Below are positions 7,783 through 15,061 of a stretch of DNA of 22,554 nt, piece by piece. This stretch comes from Candidatus Fervidifonticultor quintus. GTDB lineage: Bacteria > Sysuimicrobiota > Sysuimicrobiia > Sysuimicrobiales > Humicultoraceae. The notes beneath the pieces were generated by a model, which had not been told where the DNA came from, did not search any database, and saw nothing but the letters and a program-made list of their open reading frames with translations. Each line of letters opens with the position of its first letter. Position 1 is the stretch's first letter. Location: assembly GCA_031459535.1 (NCBI GenBank), contig JAVKIJ010000050.1, positions 1 to 22,554 on the forward strand. Reading direction: 5' to 3'. The position numbers were made by a program, and so were the translations under genes.

Positions 7783-9732
7783 TCAGGAGGTAGGGGAGGA
7801 TTCCACGGAAGGCCTCACCGAGAGGCGGGTACCTGTCCGCGACAGATCGTACCCGCCGAGGGCAGCGACCGCTCGCCGGAAGTCGTCACGCTCCAGTACG
7901 GCCAGTACCTGCTGCACCCCAGGGGCTGCAAGGTGCTCGTCCGGGATGGCCAGATCGAAGCGTTCGTGGGCGACCGGCACGAAATCCAGGCCCATGGCCC
8001 GGGCGGCGGCGAGGATGCCCAGTCCCACGTCGGCTGCGCCCGTGGCCACCGTCACGGCCACAGCCATGTGCGTGTAGACCTCCCGGTCGTAGCCCCCAAT
8101 CTGCCCGGGCGAGATCCCGGCCCGGCGCAGCTCATAGTCGAGCAGCAGCCGGGTGCCGGCACCGCGCTGGCGGTTGATGAAGCGTACGCCGGGCCTGGCC
8201 AGGTCGGCGACCGTCTGGATTCGCTTGGGATTGCCGGGCGGCACCAGGAGGCCCTGCTCGCGATGGGCTAGGGTAACCAGCGTGACCGCCCGACCGGGAA
8301 GGTGGAGCCGTACGTAGGGCACGTTGTACTCGCCCGTGGTCTCATCGAGTAGATGGATGCCAGCCATGTGCGCCTCGCCGCGGTGAAGGGCGAGCAAGCC
8401 TCCCAGGCTGCCCACATGGGCGGAGGCGAGCGCGGCCGAAGGGTACTCGCGCCGCAAGAAGTCTGCCAGGACGTCCAGCGCCACATCGTGGCTGCCCACG
8501 ATGAGCACTGTGCCCTCGATGGCACTCCTGGGACGGAGGAGTTCTACTTCCACGTCCGCGCCAGCTTCGATGCCCTCGCTCGTTCTGGGAATGACGAGCC
8601 ATCCGTCCGCACGGACCAGCGAGGTCACCACGCCAGCCCCCCGGCTCAGCGGAGCTGCAACAACCCGGTCTCCCACCCGGCCGACGGTGACCCGGACGAA
8701 CTCGTCCAGCCCCATGGTCGAGTGGACCTTGCGCACCAGCGTCGCCCGGAGGCGCTGGCGTTCCGGAGGAACCAGACCCTGCAGTGCATAGAGCACCGGC
8801 CTCACGAACAGGTCGAAGGCGAGCATGGCAGAGACCGGGTACCCCGGGAGGCCGATGGCCGGCTTCCCGTGCACGATTCCCAGGATGACGGGCTTCCCGG
8901 GCCGGATGGCGACCCCGTGGACATGGACCTCCCCCAGCCTCCGAAACACCTCTGCGGTGTAGTCGTGGGAGCCGGCAGACGCTCCGGCGTTGGTGAGGAC
9001 CAGGTCGTACTGCGCGGCCCGATCCAGTGCCTCCATCAGCCGGTCTTCATCATCGGGCACCACGGGGTATCGCACAGCCTCGCCGCCGCAGCGAGCTATC
9101 TCCGCGGCCAACATGATCGTGTTGAACTCGGGAATTTGACCTGGTTGCAACGGACCGGACGGGTCCACCACCTCGTCGCCAGTGGGGATCAGCAGGACCC
9201 TGGGGCGGCGCCTGACGTTGACGGTGCGCAGCCCGGCCGCCGCCAGGGCGCCGAGATCCGCCGGTCGGAGCACGTGGTTGCTGGGGAGCAGCAACTCCGT
9301 GGCCACCACGTCCTCGCCGGCCGGCCGGACGTGCTGCCAGGGAACCGCGGGCGCTGTGATCTCCGCCTCACCGTCGGCTTCGTGGACGTCCTCGATCATG
9401 ATGACCGCGTCGGCGCCGTCGGGGAGGGGGTCGCCCGTGTCCACCGGAACGTACCGCTCCCGGGACAGACGAACCGGCGCGGTCTCCGATGCCCCGAACG
9501 TCTCCGCAGCCCGCACCGCGATGCCGTCCATCGCCGCCGCGTGATAGTGGGGAACAGAACGCGCGGCGGCCACGGCTTCCGCCGTGACCCGGCCACATGC
9601 CTCGGAGACGGGCACGGGCTCGCCGGGCAGGGGGCGCAGGAGGCCCCGCGTGCGCAGCGCGTCCATCCACTGCACGAGCGCCAGGTCCACCGGCACGTCG
9701 GTCAGGTAGATCCGCCGCTTGGAACGGTTCAC
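7783..9732 (-). CDS. moeA: Molybdopterin/tungstopterin metal insertase MoeA fused to a C-terminal PBP-type substrate-binding domain
   Basis: AAMDGIAV, VDTGDPLP, IPTGDEV, AGASAGSHDYT, AIRPGKP, GLPGYPVS. Then GSHD, HVGSLGGL, EAHMAGIHLLD, RFINRQRGAGTR, ADVGLGI. Confidence 0.95.
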   Translation of the reverse strand: MNRSKRRIYLTDVPVDLALVQWMDALRTRGLLRPLPGEPVPVSEACGRVTAEAVAAARSVPHYHAAAMDGIAVRAAETFGASETAPVRLSRERYVPVDTGDPLPDGADAVIMIEDVHEADGEAEITAPAVPWQHVRPAGEDVVATELLLPSNHVLRPADLGALAAAGLRTVNVRRRPRVLLIPTGDEVVDPSGPLQPGQIPEFNTIMLAAEIARCGGEAVRYPVVPDDEDRLMEALDRAAQYDLVLTNAGASAGSHDYTAEVFRRLGEVHVHGVAIRPGKPVILGIVHGKPAIGLPGYPVSAMLAFDLFVRPVLYALQGLVPPERQRLRATLVRKVHSTMGLDEFVRVTVGRVGDRVVAAPLSRGAGVVTSLVRADGWLVIPRTSEGIEAGADVEVELLRPRSAIEGTVLIVGSHDVALDVLADFLRREYPSAALASAHVGSLGGLLALHRGEAHMAGIHLLDETTGEYNVPYVRLHLPGRAVTLVTLAHREQGLLVPPGNPKRIQTVADLARPGVRFINRQRGAGTRLLLDYELRRAGISPGQIGGYDREVYTHMAVAVTVATGAADVGLGILAAARAMGLDFVPVAHERFDLAIPDEHLAAPGVQQVLAVLERDDFRRAVAALGGYDLSRTGTRLSVRPSVESSPTS

Positions 9733-11231
9733 CGGGCGAACACCTCGACGGCGACCTCTTCACCCACCTCGACACCCTCTGCGGCTTCGGGAATCACCGC
9801 CAGCCCGTCGGCGCCCACCATGGTCGAGATCAATCCCGACTTCCCCAGGATCGGCACCGCCCACAGTTCGTCGCCCCGGCTCTCCAGCCTGACGCGCAGG
9901 TAGTCTGCGCGGCCCGCGGACGACGCGATCCGCCGGCCCAGGCGGGCCTTCACCACAGGTAGGGGCCAAGGCTGCCTGCCCAGCAGACGGCCGATCATCT
10001 CCCTGACGAAGACGTGAAAGACGACCAGCACGGTCGTGGGATGCCCCGGCAGCCCGACGATCGGCACCTGCCCGCACAGCCCGATCACTGTGGGCTTGCC
10101 GGGCTTCATGGCGACCCCGTGCACGATCACGCCGGGGGGCCCGAGCGCATCGATGGCACGCGCCACTTCGTCGCGCAGTCCGATCGAGCTGCCTCCTGAG
10201 ATCAGCACAAGATCCGACGCCCCCCGCGCGCTGTCCAGCGCGGTCCGGACCACGTCGAATTCATCACGCACGATCCCGTAGAATGCTGGGGTCCCGCCCT
10301 CCGCCTCGACCGCCGCACACAGCGCCGGGCCGTTGATGTCGCGGATGCAACCTGGCGGTGGCGTCTGGTCCGGCGGCACGACCTCGTCCCCGGTCGAGAT
10401 GACCGCGACGCGCGGCGGCGCCGCCACGGCCACCCGCGTGACGCCCAGGCCAGCCAGCAATCCGATGTGCGATGGCCCAAGGACCGTGCCGGCCCGCAGG
10501 GCAACCGCCCCTCTCCTGACGTCCTCGCCGACCTGGATGACGTTCTCTCCCGGACCGACCGGACGGCGAACTTCGATGCCGGCCTCAGCGCCGACACCGG
10601 GGGACGCACCGGCTGCCAGGGTCTCCGTGTGTTCCACCATGACGACCGCGTCCGCCCCCGGCGGCAACACGCCTCCGGTGGAGATGCGCACAACCTGCCC
10701 GGCGCCCAACGAGGTTCCCAGTGCCCTGCCCATGAGCACCTCGCCGATGACCGCAAGGTATGCCGGCAGGGCCTCGCTCGCGCCGAACGTGTCGGTGGCG
10801 CGGACCGCAAATCCGTCCACGACCGACCGCGGGTACGGTGGCAGATCCTCAGGCGCCATGACATCCGCAGCGAGGACCCTGCCCTGACTTTCAGCGAGGG
10901 CGACGGTGTCGACTCGAGGCGGTGGAGGGGTCCACGCGGCCTGGAGCCGGGCCCTGGCCTCGGCCACGCTCCTGATGTGCAGGAACTCCTGCAGCGGGGC
11001 CCCGCCGGCGATGGGAGGGAAGATCCCGACCTCATCACCCGGCCGCAGCACGTGGGAATCGTCACGCGCGATCCCGGCCACAAACACCTTTCGCACCGTG
11101 CCGGCGGGAATTCCGAGGCGGGCCACGAGTTCCCCCACGGTGGTGCCGTCAGGCACCTCGATCTGCAGCGCCGCCCGGCCGCCCGGCACCATCTCGCGCA
11201 GCGTGGCGTAGAGCCGGACGGCGACGATCAT
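9729..11231 (-). CDS. moeA: MoaD/ThiS-like domain fused in frame to MoeA (gephyrin-like)
   Basis: N-terminal VRLYATLR..GTTVGEL..LRPGDEVGIFPPIAGG. Then RSVVDGFAV, ISTGGVLP, ISTGDEV, ISGGSSIG, MKPGKPT, GLPGHP, PILGKSGLI. Confidence 0.92.
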   Translation of the reverse strand: MIVAVRLYATLREMVPGGRAALQIEVPDGTTVGELVARLGIPAGTVRKVFVAGIARDDSHVLRPGDEVGIFPPIAGGAPLQEFLHIRSVAEARARLQAAWTPPPPRVDTVALAESQGRVLAADVMAPEDLPPYPRSVVDGFAVRATDTFGASEALPAYLAVIGEVLMGRALGTSLGAGQVVRISTGGVLPPGADAVVMVEHTETLAAGASPGVGAEAGIEVRRPVGPGENVIQVGEDVRRGAVALRAGTVLGPSHIGLLAGLGVTRVAVAAPPRVAVISTGDEVVPPDQTPPPGCIRDINGPALCAAVEAEGGTPAFYGIVRDEFDVVRTALDSARGASDLVLISGGSSIGLRDEVARAIDALGPPGVIVHGVAMKPGKPTVIGLCGQVPIVGLPGHPTTVLVVFHVFVREMIGRLLGRQPWPLPVVKARLGRRIASSAGRADYLRVRLESRGDELWAVPILGKSGLISTMVGADGLAVIPEAAEGVEVGEEVAVEVFAR

Positions 11232-11521
11232 GCGGGGTCGGCCACCTTGGGGAAATACTGCCGGTACAGCAGGGCCATGTCCCGGCCAAAGATGGCCAGC
11301 TGATCGCCCGGCCTCACACGCCGGCTGGCGGCCGAGTACTGGCCGTTCAAGAAGAGATGGCTGACATCGCCCGGGTCCAGGCCCAGGGACGCTAGCACGT
11401 CCCGGATGGTGCCGGCCGAACCCACGGTCGCGTGCGTGCGCACCGGCTCAAAGGCCGACCGCCTTCCGAAGCGCTGCTGAAGCGCCCCGTAGATGCGCAC
11501 CTCCACCGTCACGCTAGACAT
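11228..11521 (-). CDS. MoaD/ThiS-like beta-grasp protein lacking C-terminal Gly-Gly (Ubl2)
   Basis: VEVRIYGALQ..TIRDVLASLGL..LFLNG..VRPGDQLAIFGRDMALLY. Start is ATG 11521 or GTG 11512; ATGA overlap with the next gene. Confidence 0.8.
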   Translation of the reverse strand: MSSVTVEVRIYGALQQRFGRRSAFEPVRTHATVGSAGTIRDVLASLGLDPGDVSHLFLNGQYSAASRRVRPGDQLAIFGRDMALLYRQYFPKVADPA

Positions 11522-11768
11522 AGAGCATGCGCATGTCCGTCGGGAAGACCCCCAGCCGGTCCCCGGACCGCACCGTCCGGTCCCAGGGCTGAGCGTCGTA
11601 TCGGCCGTTGACGAAGATGTTGCCGACCGCCGCGCGCTCGATTCCGAGCGCCGCCAGCGCCTGGGCGACCGTGCCTTCCGGCAGGTCGACCCAGGCGATC
11701 GAAGGACGGTGGACGCCGGACTGGGGCGCGAGCCGACGCAGCCGGCCGTACAGGTGGACCTCAATCAA
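11514..11768 (-). CDS. MoaD/ThiS-like beta-grasp protein lacking C-terminal Gly-Gly (Ubl1)
   Basis: IEVHLYGRLRR..TVAQALAALGI..IFVNG..VRSGDRLGVFPTDMRMLYV. TTG start overlaps the AOR TGA. Confidence 0.82.
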   Translation of the reverse strand: MIEVHLYGRLRRLAPQSGVHRPSIAWVDLPEGTVAQALAALGIERAAVGNIFVNGRYDAQPWDRTVRSGDRLGVFPTDMRMLYV

Positions 11769-13510
11769 TAGGCGTGCACCTTGTCCAGTTCTTCATCCGG
11801 CACATCGAACACCACATTGTGTGGCGGGAGCGGCTCGTACTTCATGAACTCCGGGAGCCGGTCGTGCGCCTTGGTGAATCCCGCCGCTTCGTTGAAGGCA
11901 CGCTCGGCCTTGAGGATCTCCAGCCCCAGCGGCACGATGTCGTTGGTGGTCCAGCTCGTCCCCACCACCGCCGCGCTGGATTCGACCATGCCCTCGGCGC
12001 CCTCAGGGATGTCGAGAATTGCGAAGGCGTCGAACAGGCACTATCCGGTAGAGTCGAGGAACGCTGTGGTGGCCTGGAACGCCCGCGACATCTCCGCCTT
12101 CTCCGGCTTGAAGGGATCGGCCTTGCCGCCGACGCCCAGGATCTCCGGCGCGATGGTGTAGCCGGCCGTGTGGTCGGCGCCCATGGTGGTCGTGGCGTAC
12201 GTCACGCCGATACCCTTGACGGCCCGCGGCTCGTAGGCCGGCATCGACTGTCCCTTGACGGTGGGGACGCGGACAACGCCGAACGCCTTGCCGGTAAACT
12301 CGGCGCCGTTGCCGATGATGCGGCCCAGCGGCGTGCCGCGGCGCACCTCTTCATTGAGCAGCCGTTTGGCACCGTCGGCGTCGCCGAACTTCAACAGGCC
12401 GCCCTCCATGGCCACCGCGATGGTCCCGCCCATCTCGATGGTGTCCACCCCGACGTCGTTGCAGGCCCAGATCAGGTCCGCGATGTCGTCCAGATTCCCG
12501 ATCCCGCAGTTGGCCCCCAGGGCCCACACCGACTCGTATTCCAACACCGACGTGTGGAACTTCCCGTCGGGGTAGGGATAGACGTTCGAGCACTGGATGA
12601 TGCAGCCCGGGTGGCAGGGGTGTCCGGTCGTGCCGACGCCGTCGCGCTTGTGGATGATCTCGCGGGCCGCCTCGCCGCTGATCTGGCCGGTGAGCTCGAA
12701 CCGGCCGCTGCGGAAGTTGCGGGTGGGATACCCGCCGGCCTCGTTCATGATGTTGGCCAGGACGTTGGTCCCATAGGTGTTGAGGGCTCCGTCCTTCTTG
12801 GTCACGTCGTGCTTGAGTGACGCGTCTGTGAGCTTCTTGATGGCCGCCCTGAACTTCTCCTCGTCAGCGATGGCCACACCCGGGCCGCCGGTGTCGTCGA
12901 TGATGATGGCCTTCAGCCCTTTGGCGCCCATCACGGCACCCATGCCGCCCCGGCCGGCGTAGCGCCCGGCGGTGTTCTCCATGTCGTTAACGCAGATGCC
13001 CGCCCCAGCCATGCGGAACTCGCCGGCGGGCCCGATGCCGATGATGGCCACGCCTTTCCCATGGCGTTCCCAGAGCGTGGCGCACACCTGGTACATGCCC
13101 TTGCCGACCAGGTCTGTCGCCGGTAGGAACTCGGCGCCGTCCTTGGTGATCTTGAGGAGCCAGAACTGTCCGGTGTCCCTGGGCTGGCCCTCGACGATGA
13201 TCGCCTTGATGCCCAACCTGGCAATCTGCTGGGACGACAGCCCACCCGCGTTGGTCTCTTTGATCGTGCCCGTCAGCGGGCTCTTGCCGCCGAACGACGT
13301 ACGGCCCGACGTGGGCGCAGCGGTGCCGCTGACAATCCCGGGCGCGATCACCAGTTTGTTGTTGGGACCGAGAGGGTGACAGGTAGGCGGGACCTCCCGG
13401 GCCGTGACCATGGAGGTCAGGCCGCGCCCGCCCCACAGGCGGTACACCTCGGGCACGTCCTCGAACGTCGCCCGCAAGTCGCTCATGTTCACCCGTAGTA
13501 ACCTGCTCAT
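11765..13510 (-). CDS. aor: Tungsten-dependent aldehyde:ferredoxin oxidoreductase (AOR family), 581 codons with one in-frame TAG at 12041-12043 (codon 490); recoded, pseudogene or error
   Basis: WGGRGL, KSPLTGTIKETNAGG, IGPAGE, AGRGGMGAVMGAKGLKAI, CHPGCIIQC, EYES, DVGVDTI, YEPRA, GADHT, then DSTG*CLF..ERAFNEAAGF..DRLPEF in one frame. ATG 13510 has SD GGAGGG. Confidence 0.93.
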
Positions 13511-13588
13511 GGAATCCCTCCGGTACACGTGGTCATTCCCGCAGACGCTGCGTGCGGACGCTCTCACCTCCTCCCTCAAGAACAACGG

Positions 13589-13618
13589 AGGAGACAACCC
13601 GTACCGGGGTCGTCTCCT
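13589..13618 (-). terminator. Hairpin (terminator-like expression platform) overlapping the riboswitch P1 3' strand
   Basis: mRNA AGGAGACGACCC-cggtac-GGGTTGTCTCCT forms 12 bp with one G-U pair, followed by a weak U-rich run CCGTTGTTCTT. Confidence 0.55.
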
Positions 13619-13696
13619 TTGCTACCGGCAGGCGGGGCGATCGCTCGCCCCACCCTCTCGCCCGTGTGTCCGCTGGGGGCATCGCGGGTCGGAGAC
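13612..13696 (-). promoter_or_regulatory. Moco RNA motif riboswitch, P3-less (tungsten-cofactor/Tuco-associated) type
   Basis: mRNA has P1 GTCTCC/GGAGAC, P2 GCCC-CCAG..CAC-GGGC, P4 GGGTGGGGCGA-GCGA(GNRA)-TCGCCCCGCCT, P5 GC-CGGTA-GC, then AAAGGAG. It lies directly upstream of aor. Confidence 0.85.
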
Positions 13697-13753
13697 CGTA
13701 TGTTGGTTCCAAGTGAGGTATACTCCACCCACCACCGGGAGCTCCTCCTTGGC

Positions 13754-14911
13754 CTACGGGCAGCGGACAATATCCTGCGCCCACAGGCAGTCCGCGCAGG
13801 ACGGCGCGTTTCCCCAACAGTCCTGGTTGCGCGCCGCGTAGGCGCAGGCCTCGCCGCAGTCCACGCACGAAGGAAAGCGAAAGTCTCGCACCCTGGCGCG
13901 AAAAGCCACGTACTCCTCGGAAGTCCATATCTCCGCCAGGGGCCGATCGGTCACGCATCCCAGCACGTAGCGCGAGACGTCCTTGCGCCTCCCGTAGATG
14001 TAGTACGGGTACGAGTGCATGAGCGCATAGCAGGGGCTCACGCCGCCGTCCCATCCGATCACGAGCGCGCGTTCCTCAACGAACCGGCAGCGCCGGTGCG
14101 CGCCCCACCGCAGGCGGGGCAGCCGGGCGATCCCCCACACCACCCAGTCCCCGCTCGCCACCGGCCAACCGGTCGGGACCGGCAGGGGCTCCTCTCGGTC
14201 GTAAAGGACGTCTTGGGCCTGCTCCGGCCCATGAGGCAGGAGATTGGACACCAGGACGAAGGCGGCACCCAGTGCGCCGGCCAGCGCCGGAAGCCGGGCG
14301 AGATCGTCGAAATTGCCTCGCGTGACCACGTACTCCAGCCCGACGCGCGGCGCCATCAGGCCCCGCTCCCGGGACAGGGCCCGCAGGGTCTTCACATTGT
14401 GCAGGACCCTGTCCAGGCCGCGGCTGAGACGGGCCCGCTCATAGGCCGCGATGTGCGCCGCGTCAATGGAGACCACCACGGTGTCGAGGCGGGCCTCCAG
14501 CAAGGCCTCCGCCACGGACCGGTCCAGCAACAGACCGTTGGTGGTCAGCGTGGTCCCCACGCCCAGCTCGGCGACCTTGGCGACCATCGCGACAATGTCC
14601 GGATGCGCCAGCGGCTCTCCAAACCCGCCAAAGATCACGCGCGTCAGCTCGGGAAGGGCTGCGAGCTGTGCGACGATCCGCTGAAAGGTCTGCTGGCTCA
14701 TCTCACCCGGCGCGTCCTGCCACACCTGGCGCACGCAAATGGCGCAATCCAGGTTGCACCGGGTGGTGGGCTCGATGTAGACGCGGCGCACATCGGGGCG
14801 AGCCTGCCAGAGCGAGAGGCCGTCTTCCCGGGACTCAGCGACCATCTCGGTGCCGCGGTACCTGGGTGGGAGGCGGACGGTGCCGTCTTTGCTGACCGCG
14901 ATCCTCTCCAT
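13754..14911 (-). CDS. Radical SAM protein, tungsten cofactor oxidoreductase maturase type, with Cys-rich SPASM-like C-terminus
   Basis: CNLDCAIC (CxxxCxxC), FGGFGEPLAHP, TTNG, SNLLP, CRFVE, GVSPC, FPSCVDC..C..DCWGNAPSCADCLW..CP. SD AGAGGAG; adjacent to aor. Confidence 0.9.
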   Translation of the reverse strand: MERIAVSKDGTVRLPPRYRGTEMVAESREDGLSLWQARPDVRRVYIEPTTRCNLDCAICVRQVWQDAPGEMSQQTFQRIVAQLAALPELTRVIFGGFGEPLAHPDIVAMVAKVAELGVGTTLTTNGLLLDRSVAEALLEARLDTVVVSIDAAHIAAYERARLSRGLDRVLHNVKTLRALSRERGLMAPRVGLEYVVTRGNFDDLARLPALAGALGAAFVLVSNLLPHGPEQAQDVLYDREEPLPVPTGWPVASGDWVVWGIARLPRLRWGAHRRCRFVEERALVIGWDGGVSPCYALMHSYPYYIYGRRKDVSRYVLGCVTDRPLAEIWTSEEYVAFRARVRDFRFPSCVDCGEACAYAARNQDCWGNAPSCADCLWAQDIVRCP

Positions 14912-15045
14912 GCTCCTCTTTCTCCCTCCGCGGGCATCACCGCGAGACCGCCCACAGCCCCGTCCTTCAGTATAGACCTCCAGGCTCGACTATTGTGGTA
15001 GAACCGGAAGCCTCGGCACCGCGGCGAGGCGGTCCCAGGTGCCTG

Positions 15046-15054
15046 TGATAGTAT
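15046..15054 (+). promoter_or_regulatory. Extended -10 (TGaTAGTAT) for a probably leaderless deoC transcript
   Basis: Located 7 nt upstream of GTG 15062, with no convincing SD in between. Confidence 0.55.
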
Positions 15055-15061
15055 TGAAGGC

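Noticed and set aside
11765-11989. 74-aa ORF as an independent gene
   Set aside because: It is the in-frame C-terminus of AOR (ERAFN..AGF..DRLP).
12041-12043. Genome-wide TAG reassignment, or selenocysteine, as the explanation of the aor stop
   Set aside because: TAG ends namZ, SIS, the permease, Ubl1, the rSAM and the ALDH at plausible C-termini. Sec uses TGA, not TAG.
13511-13597. N-terminal extension of AOR given by the ORF track
   Set aside because: It overlaps the riboswitch expression platform. AOR similarity starts at MSRLLRVNM (13510), which has its own SD.
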